Source: Candidatus Iainarchaeum sp.
GTDB lineage: Archaea; Iainarchaeota; Iainarchaeia; Iainarchaeales; CSSED10-239
DNA: 64,000 bases
Assembly: GCA_028700115.1 (NCBI GenBank)
Contig: JAQVTI010000002.1
Coordinates: forward strand, 418 to 64,417
Direction of reading: 5' to 3'
In this document: one piece after another, positions 55,204 through 64,000 of the stretch
Position numbering within the stretch: position 1 is the first letter of the stretch
Layout of the letters: the number at the start of each line of letters is the position of its first letter
The notes under the pieces: generated by a model
The model's database searches: none
Seen by the model: the letters and a program-made list of their open reading frames with translations, nothing else
What the model was told of the DNA's origin: nothing
Program-made: the position numbers and the translations under genes

Positions 55204-57327
55204 TTGTTAATTGTTGTTTGTGTTGCAATGGTTGTAATTATTTTAAACTGGGGAAAAATGTTTACACATGATAGTGTAAAAGTTATAGATTATGCTTCTT
55301 TTACAGAATCTGATTTAGAAGGTTATGTTTTTGTAAAAAATATATTTGAATCAACTGATGGATCAGATAGTAAATTAATTTTAGATAATAGAAATAAATT
55401 AAAAGATGCAAATATAATTGCATATAAAATATTAGATTTAGACCCTTCTAAATCTGGAATTACAGATATTTATTATGAATATGATACTCCTGTTTTATTA
55501 CAACACGGGCATTCAAAAGATCTAAATGTTATTTGTTTTCCTTCAAATGAGTTTGATATTGAGTTTTATACATCTGATGAAAAATGTTTTAAAGTAAATG
55601 TTTTTGATTCATCTCTTTCTTGTCAATCTTGTTTAAATCTCCCATATTGTGGAGATAGTTCTTGTAATGGAGATGAGACTGCAAACACATGTTATTCTGA
55701 TTGTGGAAGTTGTGGAGATGGAATTTGTACATCTGGAGAAGAAAATATGACTTCTTGTTATACAGATTGTGGAACTTGTGGAGATGGAATTTGTACATTT
55801 GGAGAAGAAAATGCTACAACTTGTTATGATGATTGTGGTGAATGTGGAAATTCTATTTTAGAAGGACCAGAGACTTGTGATTCAGATACAGAAAGTTGTA
55901 CAACTTCTGTTTCAGGAATAACTTATGTTGGAACACATACTTGTTTAGGAGATTGTTCTGCATATGGAACTTGTACTACTACTAAATCTTGTGGAGATGG
56001 AATTTGTCAAAACACAGGTGGAGATGGAGAAACTGTAAGTAATTGTGTAGTTGATTGTCATTCTTGTGGAGATGGTATTTGTAGTGATGGTTATGAAACT
56101 GAAGTTTCTTGCCCTGCAGACTGTTTACAATATACTTGTAGTCTAGGAGATACAGATAATGGTGATGGAACTTGTACTGCTTTAATAGATGCAAGTTATG
56201 ATAATAGTTTAAAATATACCACTTCTAATTTTGATTATGATGCAACTACTGGAGTAGTTAATGGTGGTACTTATGTTTCTGTAGGTTCTTATGAATTTGG
56301 AGGTGCTGCCCCTGCATTATGTGTTTTAGAAGACACTTTAATTAATGTTTTAAGAAATGATGAAGAAAAAGAAATGTTTGTTCAAGATGTTTTATTGTCT
56401 GATTATATTTTATCTTGGGACTTTAATCAAAATGAATATATATATGTTCCTGTTTTACAAAAATTTAATAATACTATTAATGAATACTATATTATTAATA
56501 ATAAATTAAAAGTTACTTCATTACATCCAATATATATTAAAGATAAAGGATTTATTTATCCAGAAGAAATTACATATAATGATTATTTATTAAATAGTAA
56601 TGGTGATTTTGAGAAAGTAAATAGTGTTAAATTTGTTGAAAATGTAGATGAAAATATTTATAATTTTGAAACAGGAAATCATTTTTATTTTGCTAATGGT
56701 TATTTAACACATAATCCAGCACCTATGTCTCCTTATTTATATTATATACATAGATCTTATTTCTTTTTTGATACTTCTTATATTTCTAGTTATGGAACTG
56801 TAAATTCTGCAGATTTTAAATTTACTGTTAGTCAATATGATGAAATTACTAGTTATAGTTTTATTTTACAAAAAACAGATAATTCAACTTATCCTCATAA
56901 TCCTTTACAAACTGGAGATTTTGATGAATCTTATTATAGTGGTAATTTAGGATCTATTTCAAATTCTAGTTTTGGTTCTCCTTCTATTGTTAGTTTAAAT
57001 TCAACAGGACTTACAGAAGTTACAAATAGTTTAGGAGATACTTTTAAATTTGTTTTAAGATCTGATTGTGATGTAGGTCATTCTTGTGATGATGAGCATA
57101 AATTAGCTTATATTTATAGATATAATTCTGCAAATCCTCCTCAATTAGAAATAACTTATTCCCCTACATCTCAAGTATACTGTGGAAATGGTGTTGTTGA
57201 GACAGGTGAAGATTGTGAATGTGGTGTGGGTGCTTTTGATATGGGTAATGTAGGGGAAAATAGTTGTGTAAATTATTCTTCTGATACTTGTATAAATTGT
57301 GTTTATACTGGTGGATTTGGTAATTAA
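55204..57327 (+). CDS. Cys-rich surface protein with an embedded Hint domain; its pilin-like class III signal peptide (from the ATG at 55153) is interrupted by an in-frame TAA at 55189-55191, so it may be a pseudogene
   Basis: The frame from 55153 reads MDYNFNKKAISP*IATVLLIVVCVAMVVIILNWG, paralogous to the N-terminus of 54604. The 2.1-kb ORF downstream is intact. Confidence 0.55.
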   Translation: MLIVVCVAMVVIILNWGKMFTHDSVKVIDYASFTESDLEGYVFVKNIFESTDGSDSKLILDNRNKLKDANIIAYKILDLDPSKSGITDIYYEYDTPVLLQHGHSKDLNVICFPSNEFDIEFYTSDEKCFKVNVFDSSLSCQSCLNLPYCGDSSCNGDETANTCYSDCGSCGDGICTSGEENMTSCYTDCGTCGDGICTFGEENATTCYDDCGECGNSILEGPETCDSDTESCTTSVSGITYVGTHTCLGDCSAYGTCTTTKSCGDGICQNTGGDGETVSNCVVDCHSCGDGICSDGYETEVSCPADCLQYTCSLGDTDNGDGTCTALIDASYDNSLKYTTSNFDYDATTGVVNGGTYVSVGSYEFGGAAPALCVLEDTLINVLRNDEEKEMFVQDVLLSDYILSWDFNQNEYIYVPVLQKFNNTINEYYIINNKLKVTSLHPIYIKDKGFIYPEEITYNDYLLNSNGDFEKVNSVKFVENVDENIYNFETGNHFYFANGYLTHNPAPMSPYLYYIHRSYFFFDTSYISSYGTVNSADFKFTVSQYDEITSYSFILQKTDNSTYPHNPLQTGDFDESYYSGNLGSISNSSFGSPSIVSLNSTGLTEVTNSLGDTFKFVLRSDCDVGHSCDDEHKLAYIYRYNSANPPQLEITYSPTSQVYCGNGVVETGEDCECGVGAFDMGNVGENSCVNYSSDTCINCVYTGGFGN
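56320..56715 (+). other. Hint (intein-like, BIL-type) autoprocessing domain, 132 aa
   Basis: Begins with Cys (ALCVLEDTLINV), has a TxxH block (VTSLHP) and ends YLTHN. It is followed by Pro, not Cys, Ser or Thr. Confidence 0.65.
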
Positions 57328-57418
57328 TAATATTTTTCTAATTTTTAAAAAACTTGTTTTAAAACAAGTTTTTTATTAATGTCTATTTATATATTACATA
57401 TTATATATGTGATTATTT

Positions 57419-58798
57419 ATGAGTTTAGACTTAAAAAAAGAAGATATTGGTAAATTACTTGAAATAAATTTAAAAGAAAAAGCAAAAGATGGAAAACAAA
57501 TTATCCATAAGGGCTTTTTAGTTGAATTTAATTCTAATGATTTAAAAGTAAAATTAGAAGATAATGGTTATAATATAGGAATTGATTTAAAACATATAGA
57601 AAAAATTAATTTCTTAGACAAAAAAGTAACTTTAGGAAAACCTTCTAAAATAAATCTAAAAGAAAACAAAGATTTACCAAATGTTTATTATATAGGAACA
57701 GGAGGAACAATTGGAACACATGTGGACTATAATACAGGTGGAGTTTATATGTGTAGGTCTCCTGAAGAAATAATTTCAACAACTCCAGAAATTGCAAATA
57801 TAATAAATATAAAACAAACTTCTTCTGTTGTTATGAAAGGATCAGAAGACATGACTTTTAATGACTGGGCATTAATTTCAAGTGAAGTTTTTAAAGCTAT
57901 AAGTGATTCAAATATAGATGGTGTTATAATTACACATGGAACTGATACTTTAAGTCTAACTGGTTCTGCAATTTCATTTATGATTGAAGGAATAAATAAA
58001 CCTGTTTTATTAATTGGAGCACAGAGATCTCCAGATAGAGCTAGTTTTGATGGGTCTATGAATCTAATATGTGCATCTCATTTTATTAAAGAAAAAATAC
58101 CAGGTGTATTTACTGTTATGCATGGTTCAATGAATGATGATTTTTGTTATGTTATTAGAAGTACAAAATCTAAAAAAATGCATACTTCTAGAAGAGATTC
58201 TTTTAGAGCAGTAAATGATAAGCCAATTGCTAAAGTTTATAAAAATGGAAAAATTGAATATTTAAAAGATAAAAAAGAATTAATTTTAGAATATCAAAAG
58301 AAATTTGAAAAACCTGTTTTAAAAAATAAATTTTCTGAAAAAGTAGAAATCATTAAAGCATATCCTTCATCAAATCCAGAAGTTATTGATTTTTTTGTTG
58401 AAAAAGGTTGTAAGGGTTTAATAATTGAAGGAACTGCTTTAGGACATGTTCCTACTTTGTATGATAAAGATAAAGATTCTTATGGAAAAGAAAGTTGGAT
58501 ACCTTCTATTAAAAAAGCAGTTGAAAAAGGATTAATTATTATTATGACTTCACAGTCTGTTTTTGGAAGAGTTAATAGTAAGGTTTATGCAAATTTAAGA
58601 TATGCAAAAAACGCAGGGGTGAATTATTTAGATTCACACGATATGCTTTGTGATGTTGCTTATATTAAATTAAGTTTAGCTTTAGAAAGATTTAAAGAAA
58701 AACAAGACGTTTTAGAATACATGAAAACAAATGTTTCTGGTGAGATTTCTGAAAAAGAACTTGCAGATTCATTTGAGAGTTCTTTAGAAAATTTATAA
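57419..58798 (+). CDS. gatD: Glu-tRNA(Gln) amidotransferase subunit D
   Basis: Asparaginase-type motifs GTGGTIG and HGTDT. Paired with gatE. Confidence 0.9.
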   Translation: MSLDLKKEDIGKLLEINLKEKAKDGKQIIHKGFLVEFNSNDLKVKLEDNGYNIGIDLKHIEKINFLDKKVTLGKPSKINLKENKDLPNVYYIGTGGTIGTHVDYNTGGVYMCRSPEEIISTTPEIANIINIKQTSSVVMKGSEDMTFNDWALISSEVFKAISDSNIDGVIITHGTDTLSLTGSAISFMIEGINKPVLLIGAQRSPDRASFDGSMNLICASHFIKEKIPGVFTVMHGSMNDDFCYVIRSTKSKKMHTSRRDSFRAVNDKPIAKVYKNGKIEYLKDKKELILEYQKKFEKPVLKNKFSEKVEIIKAYPSSNPEVIDFFVEKGCKGLIIEGTALGHVPTLYDKDKDSYGKESWIPSIKKAVEKGLIIIMTSQSVFGRVNSKVYANLRYAKNAGVNYLDSHDMLCDVAYIKLSLALERFKEKQDVLEYMKTNVSGEISEKELADSFESSLENL

Positions 58799-58820
58799 AT
58801 TTAAAAAATAATGATTAGAT

Positions 58821-60740
58821 ATGAAAACAATTACAGTGCAAGATATTAAAGACTATAAAGAATATGGTTTAAGATGTGGTTTAGAGATTCATCAACAGTT
58901 AGATACACATAAACTTTTTTGTAAATGTAAGTCTAAACTTATAAAAGAGGATAGAAAACCTGACAAAATTATAAAAAGAGAACTTAGAGCAGTTTCTTCT
59001 GAATCTGGAGAAATGGATCTTACTGCAAAAGCTGAAAGTTCAAAGAAAAAAACTTTTATTTATCAATTTTATAATGAATGTAATTGTTTAGTAGAAACTG
59101 ATTCACAGCCTCCTTTTCCAATTAATAAAGAAGCACTTGAAACTTCTGTAATTATTTCTAATCTTACACATTCTAATTTAGTAGACAAATCTTATGTTAT
59201 GAGAAAACAAGTAGTTGATGGGTCTAATGTTTCTGGTTTTCAGAGAACTACTATGATTTCTACAGATGGATATTTAGATTTTGATTTTGGTAGAGTTAGA
59301 ATTGATAAAATTTTATTAGAAGAAGATGCTGCAAGAGCAATTGAGAGAAAAGAAAATGAAGTTATTTATAATCTAGATAGACTAGGAGTTCCTTTAATTG
59401 AACTTGTTGCTTGGCATGATATTTATACACCTGAAGATGTAAAGAAAGTTGCATTGTATCTTGGACAAATGTTTAGATCTACTGGTCTTACTAAAAGAGG
59501 GCTTGGAACTATTAGACAGGATATAAACATTTCAATTACAAATGGTTCAAGAATAGAACTTAAAGGAACACAAGAACTTGATTTAATTCCTGAGATTGTA
59601 AAAAGAGAAGTTATTAGACAATTAAATTTATTAGAAGTTAAAAAAGAATTAGAAAATAGAAATATTTCAAAAGTTTTTTTAGAAAAAAAAGATATAAGTG
59701 ATTTGTTTAAGACTTGTGATTCTAAAATAATCTCACAAGCTTTTAAAAATTCAAAAAAAGTTTATGCTTTTTCTCTAAAAGGTTTTAAAGGAATTATTGG
59801 TTTTGAAGTTCAACCAAACAGAAGAGTTGGAACTGAACTTGCTGGGATTTTAAAAAAGCATACTTCTCTAAAAGGAATATTTCATTCAGATGAACTTCCA
59901 AATTATGGAATTACAGAAGATTATAAAAAACAAGTTTATAATAATTTAAATTTAGATGAAAATAAGGATGCTTATCTTTTAAGTGTGTGTGATTCTAAAG
60001 AAATTGATTTAGTTAAAGAACTACTTGAAAACAGATTAAATCAATTACTTAAAGGAATTCCAAAAGAGACTAGAATGGTAAATATTGAAGGAAATTCAGA
60101 ATACCAAAGACCTCTTTCAACTTCTTCTAGAATGTATCCTGAAACTGATTTATTACCAATTACTTTTTCTAAAGAATTTTTAGAAAAAGCAAAATCTAAA
60201 ATTCCATTAAGTATAAAAGAAAGACTAGATCTTTATGTAAATAAGTTTAAAATCTCAACTCAGTTAGCAGAAAAAATGAAATTAGACAATTTTGCTCCTT
60301 TATTTGAGAATTTAGTAAAGTCTACAAAGATCAATCCAACTACTTTGTGTGTTTTCTTACTTGAGGATTTAGTTAAAGCAAGTAGAGATAACAAACTTGA
60401 TCTGGATAATTTAGATAAATCTAAAATTATTGAGTTTTTTAAATCTGAAGATATAGAAAAAGTTCCAAAACAAAGACTAATTGATGCATTTATTTATTTT
60501 GAAAATAAAGATGTATCTCTAAAACAAGTAATTAATGATCTAGGACTAGATTCATCAGACATCGATCTTGATAAAATTGTAGATGATGTGTTTAATGATA
60601 ACTTAGAGTTTATAAAAAAGCAAGGACTTAGAGCAAGTGGTCTTTTAATGGGTAGAGTGATGTCAAAAACTAAGGGTTTAGTTGATGGGAAAACTGTGTC
60701 TGAGAAAATAAGTTCTAAATTAAAGGATTTTGTTAAATAG
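58821..60740 (+). CDS. gatE: Glu-tRNA(Gln) amidotransferase subunit E
   Basis: GLRCGLEIHQQL N-terminus and GatB/E-like core. Follows gatD. Confidence 0.9.
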   Translation: MKTITVQDIKDYKEYGLRCGLEIHQQLDTHKLFCKCKSKLIKEDRKPDKIIKRELRAVSSESGEMDLTAKAESSKKKTFIYQFYNECNCLVETDSQPPFPINKEALETSVIISNLTHSNLVDKSYVMRKQVVDGSNVSGFQRTTMISTDGYLDFDFGRVRIDKILLEEDAARAIERKENEVIYNLDRLGVPLIELVAWHDIYTPEDVKKVALYLGQMFRSTGLTKRGLGTIRQDINISITNGSRIELKGTQELDLIPEIVKREVIRQLNLLEVKKELENRNISKVFLEKKDISDLFKTCDSKIISQAFKNSKKVYAFSLKGFKGIIGFEVQPNRRVGTELAGILKKHTSLKGIFHSDELPNYGITEDYKKQVYNNLNLDENKDAYLLSVCDSKEIDLVKELLENRLNQLLKGIPKETRMVNIEGNSEYQRPLSTSSRMYPETDLLPITFSKEFLEKAKSKIPLSIKERLDLYVNKFKISTQLAEKMKLDNFAPLFENLVKSTKINPTTLCVFLLEDLVKASRDNKLDLDNLDKSKIIEFFKSEDIEKVPKQRLIDAFIYFENKDVSLKQVINDLGLDSSDIDLDKIVDDVFNDNLEFIKKQGLRASGLLMGRVMSKTKGLVDGKTVSEKISSKLKDFVK

Positions 60741-60814
60741 TTATAAAATAGTGTTTATTTGGATATTTTATATAAAAAATATCTTTTTAAATATTATTAT
60801 CTTCTTTTTTAAGT

Positions 60815-61567
60815 ATGGATGCTAAGAAAAAAACTTCTGTTAAAAAAAAAGTTACTAAAAGTGCTTTAAAAAAACCTATTGTTAGAAAAAAAACTTCTGT
60901 TCAAAATAAAGTTAGTGCTTTAAAAAGACCTATTGTTAGAAAAAAAGTAAGTATTAAAAAAAAACCAATTTTAAAAGTTATTTCTAAATCCAAAACTTCT
61001 TTATCACAACCTATTTTAATAAAAAATATTAATGATCCTTCAGAAGTAAGAAAATTTTATGAAAAGCATTATTCTCATTCAATTAAGAAAAAAAGTTTTT
61101 TTGATATTTTTTGTAAATCTTTATGGTTTCCTATATGTGTGGTATTTTTTATTATATTTTCTGATTTTATTTTAAAATTAATACTTCATAATTTTTTTTC
61201 ACCAGTTGTAATTTATTTTTCAAAGCAAAGTATATATTATGGATTTTTTATTTTATTTATGGCTATACTAGGTTTTGGGGCATATATTTCTTTATCATAT
61301 GAATCTGTTAAAAGAAGTTTTTCTTATAATAATTTTATAAGAAGTTTATTTAAAATTTCTTTAATTTTTTTATTTTGTGAATTAGTATTATTAATTTTTT
61401 CATATTTTACTATTTTAGTTCCTTATCTTATTTTATTTGGTTTAAATGGTAATTTATCTTATTTAATTTATTTAATTTTATGGTCTTTTATAAAATTTAT
61501 TTTATTTTTTATAATTTCAATAATTAGTTTTATTCTTTTTTCAAATGTAAATTATAACAGAGGTTAA
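60815..61567 (+). CDS. hypothetical polytopic membrane protein with a repeated Lys-rich N-terminus
   Basis: SALK(K/R)PIVRKK(T/V)S repeats followed by 4-5 TM segments. Confidence 0.35.
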   Translation: MDAKKKTSVKKKVTKSALKKPIVRKKTSVQNKVSALKRPIVRKKVSIKKKPILKVISKSKTSLSQPILIKNINDPSEVRKFYEKHYSHSIKKKSFFDIFCKSLWFPICVVFFIIFSDFILKLILHNFFSPVVIYFSKQSIYYGFFILFMAILGFGAYISLSYESVKRSFSYNNFIRSLFKISLIFLFCELVLLIFSYFTILVPYLILFGLNGNLSYLIYLILWSFIKFILFFIISIISFILFSNVNYNRG

Positions 61568-61570
61568 TTT

Positions 61571-62083
61571 ATGAGTTCTATGAAAATTTTATTTGCTCCT
61601 TGGAGAGAAGAATACTGGAATTTATCAACAAAACAAGATTCTAAAAATTTAAATAAATGTGTTTTGTGTAATCCTTTAGAAGAAGAATTAATTTTAATTT
61701 CTAAATATTCTTACATTATTTCAAATAAATATCCTTATGCTTCTGGTCATTTATTAGTTTGTCCAAAAAGACATATAAATAATATAAATGATTTAACTTC
61801 TAAGGAAAAAATTGATTTATTTAATTTAATTGATTTAAGTGTTTATGCTTTAAAATTAAGTCTAAAACCAGAAGGATATAATATTGGTTGTTCTGTTGGA
61901 AAGATTGCAGGAGAGAGTATTAATCATCTTCACTTTCATATCTTACCTAGGTTTAAAGGAGATGTTGGTTGGAATAAGCTTTGTGATTTTGAAGTTATTT
62001 CTGTTTCTCCAGAAAATTTAACTAAAGATTTAAAAAAATTAATTTTAGAAAAAAAGCTAAAAAAGAAATTTGATATAAAATAA
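61571..62083 (+). CDS. HIT-family nucleotide hydrolase/transferase
   Basis: Histidine triad INHLHFHILPR. Confidence 0.8.
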   Translation: MSSMKILFAPWREEYWNLSTKQDSKNLNKCVLCNPLEEELILISKYSYIISNKYPYASGHLLVCPKRHINNINDLTSKEKIDLFNLIDLSVYALKLSLKPEGYNIGCSVGKIAGESINHLHFHILPRFKGDVGWNKLCDFEVISVSPENLTKDLKKLILEKKLKKKFDIK

Positions 62084-62195
62084 GTTTGTTTTTTTAAATT
62101 TTTTTATGTTTTTTTAAATTTTTCTTTTAGCAAATGCTTTTTAAATATAATTAATTATTATATATATAATCTATTTATTTTAGGTGGGGCAAAAT

Positions 62196-62687
62196 ATGTT
62201 TAAGATTTTTAAAAAGACAACTGTTAGACAACATTTAGAGATTGATGATTCATTAATTTCTGAAGCAAAAAAACCAAAAAAAGAAGTTTTCTCAGATTAT
62301 AAAAATTATAGAGATAAATCTATTGATTGGTTAAAAGAACATTTAAAAGTTATTGACGAAGTTGTTAATAATAAAAAACTAGGTTCTAAACAACAAGGTA
62401 ATTTTATTTTAGATGGTAAAAAGATATATAAGTCAGATATAACTAGAGATTTATTTAATAAGATGTTTGATAATTATACAACTTATTATTTTGCTCTTAA
62501 AAGATATATTAATGTTAGAAAAGAACTCGAACAAATTGAAAAAATTAAAAATGAAGAATTTTTAGTTGCTGGAAGAGCTAAAGAATATAACACAGAAGCA
62601 ACTAATATTGAGCAAGAATTAAATAAATGTTTAAGCAATATTTTTAAATTAAAGCAAAAGATTAAAGAAGAAGTTTATTCTTATTAA
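62196..62687 (+). CDS. hypothetical protein
   Basis: ORF track. ATG at 62196 after an AGGTGG SD. Confidence 0.3.
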   Translation: MFKIFKKTTVRQHLEIDDSLISEAKKPKKEVFSDYKNYRDKSIDWLKEHLKVIDEVVNNKKLGSKQQGNFILDGKKIYKSDITRDLFNKMFDNYTTYYFALKRYINVRKELEQIEKIKNEEFLVAGRAKEYNTEATNIEQELNKCLSNIFKLKQKIKEEVYSY

Positions 62688-62714
62688 TTTTATAAAATAT
62701 AGATTTAAAAGGAA

Positions 62715-62915
62715 TTAAATCATTCCTTTTGCCATTCCTTTTGCAGATCTTAAACATTTTTTATGCCAGTATTGTCCACCCCATTTTTTATCACAACCAG
62801 GTTTATTACAAAGAGCACAATTTTCGGTAGGATATTTACATGTTGTTAAATCTATTTCTTGAACTTTATTTTTTTCTTCAGTTTTTTCTTTTTTTTTAAA
62901 TAAATTTAATCCCAT
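62715..62915 (-). CDS. small Cys-rich (zinc-binding?) hypothetical protein
   Basis: CKYPTENCALCNKPGCDKKWGGQYWHKKC. Confidence 0.35.
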   Translation of the reverse strand: MGLNLFKKKEKTEEKNKVQEIDLTTCKYPTENCALCNKPGCDKKWGGQYWHKKCLRSAKGMAKGMI

Positions 62916-62950
62916 ATTTCTTTTCCTTTAAATTATTTTTAAATATTAAA

Positions 62951-63023
62951 TAGTCCGGAGGAGATTCGAACTCCTGTCGCCAGGTTCAAAGCCTGAAATG
63001 CTTGGCCACTACACTACCGGACT
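62951..63023 (-). tRNA. tRNA-Gln (anticodon TTG)
   Basis: Reverse complement: agtccgg ta gtgt agtggccaa gcat t tcagg ctttgaa cctgg cgac aggag ttcgaatc ctcct ccggact a. Confidence 0.9.
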
Positions 63024-63194
63024 TTTATTTTTTAATTTTTTTTTTGATTTTATATAAATATAAGAAAAAGAAGTATTTTTATATCTTTTCAAATAACATA
63101 TTTATGAGTAGAAATATTTAAATTCTTTTAGATTCATAATTTATTTATAATTTAAATTATTTTAACTTTTTTTATAAAAAGAGATTATATTTTA

Positions 63195-63270
63195 GGGAGT
63201 TTAGCTTAGTCTGGTTTTGAGCACTCGACTGATAATCGAGAGGTCGCAGGTTCGAATCCTGCAATTCCCA
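63195..63270 (+). tRNA. tRNA-Ile (anticodon GAT)
   Basis: Acceptor gggagtt/aattccc, anticodon arm ctcga-ctgataa-tcgag, T-arm gcagg-ttcgaat-cctgc. Confidence 0.9.
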
Positions 63271-63398
63271 TTTTATATTTTTTTAATTTAATTTTTAATA
63301 TACATTATTTTTTTTAAAAAAACCTTTCTTTTATAAATTTAATTACTATTAATTATCTAATTAAATATTGTTAATAAAATATAAAATGTGAATAAAAT

Positions 63399-63596
63399 AT
63401 GAATAATATAGTTTTTTGTAAGTCTAATGATTTTTTAGAATATATATCCTTAGATATGGATTATAATCCTTCAGATTATGATTATGATCAAGATCCAAAA
63501 AATAATATAGATGATGATTCTTTAGATTCTTCAGATGAAGAAATAGAAGATGATTGGGATGATGATTCTTCTGATTATGATTCTGATTCTGAATAG
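63399..63596 (+). CDS. small, extremely acidic (Asp/Ser/Glu-rich) protein
   Basis: ORF track. ATG after an ATGTGA SD. The C-terminal half is almost entirely D, S and E. Confidence 0.4.
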   Translation: MNNIVFCKSNDFLEYISLDMDYNPSDYDYDQDPKNNIDDDSLDSSDEEIEDDWDDDSSDYDSDSE

Positions 63597-63736
63597 TTTT
63601 TTTAATTTCTTTTTTTTTCTTTTTTTTATATCATAAGATATTTAAATAGTTTGTGACTATATTATATTATATAAAATTAAGTTTATTTTTATAAATTATT
63701 TTATAAATAAAAAAAGGGGTTTTATGGTGATTTTTT

Positions 63737-64000
63737 ATGAGTGATATAGAAAATAAAGAACAAAATAATGAAATTATAGAGCAAGATTTATCTTTAGAAG
63801 ATGAAGATGTTGAAGAAGATGATGATAAACTTCCTTTTCCAAATGCAAGAGTTGTAAGATTAATGAGAGAGAGTTTAGATTCTCATAAACAAATTAAATC
63901 TATTGTTAAGAAAGAAATGAATATTTTTTTAGGAAGACTTGTTGAAACTATTTGTAAAAAAATGAATGAATTTGATTATTCTTATGTTGATTATGGTATG
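63737..64000 (+). CDS. histone-fold protein with an acidic N-terminal extension (partial; runs off the window)
   Basis: ATG at 63737 after a GGTGA SD. LPFPNARVVRLMRE ... compares with the archaeal histone LPIAPIGRIIK. An acidic tail of ~30 aa precedes the fold. Confidence 0.55.
   Translation, partial: MSDIENKEQNNEIIEQDLSLEDEDVEEDDDKLPFPNARVVRLMRESLDSHKQIKSIVKKEMNIFLGRLVETICKKMNEFDYSYVDYGM

Noticed and set aside
56320-56715. A canonical, splicing-competent intein.
   Set aside because: The +1 residue after the terminal His-Asn is Pro. There is no homing endonuclease domain, and the host is a surface protein rather than a typical intein host. A non-splicing Hint or BIL-type domain fits better.

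Overview
This window is a very AT-rich archaeal chromosome segment (roughly a quarter GC by eye). Its gene content fits a reduced-genome, DPANN-like archaeon. About 40 percent of it is the archaeal ribosomal-protein super-operon on the + strand (L3 to L15, secY, then S13 to S2). Further translation and transcription blocks follow: L7Ae-S28e-L24e-aIF5B-S6e-aIF2gamma-PIN-Rpo7-Spt4-S24e-S27ae, then GatD/GatE and four tRNAs. Archaea-only markers (L32e, L19e, S4e, S8e, L34e, L18e, Alba, a histone fold, Spt4, GatDE) support the domain assignment. Accessory content sits at the edges and between these blocks.

1. At the 5' edge there is a diversity-generating retroelement core: an Avd-like four-helix-bundle gene, a GC-rich template repeat and a DGR-type reverse transcriptase. 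The template repeat encodes an Asn(AAY)-rich C-type-lectin-like tip. I could not find its variable repeat or target gene anywhere in these 64 kb.
2. Next to the DGR is a cell-surface cluster: an archaeosortase-family protein, a secreted Tyr-rich protein and a 1075-aa modular surface protein.
3. A pilin-like locus contains a 707-aa Cys-rich protein. This protein carries an embedded Hint (intein-like, non-splicing) domain, and an in-frame TAA interrupts its class III signal peptide.
4. A 482-aa ORF looks to me like a miniaturised family-B DNA polymerase homologue without the catalytic motif C aspartates.

Other observations:
- Perfect tandem repeats occur inside ribosomal protein S3 and inside surface proteins.
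- Short AT-rich tandem duplications recur in promoter regions.
- A GTGAT-type Shine-Dalgarno motif creates spurious upstream GTG/TTG starts in the ORF track.
- One tRNA-Gln has an unusual C at position 33.
- There is a decayed gene remnant.

Every call comes from reading the sequence and the ORF translations by eye. No database search or computation was run.
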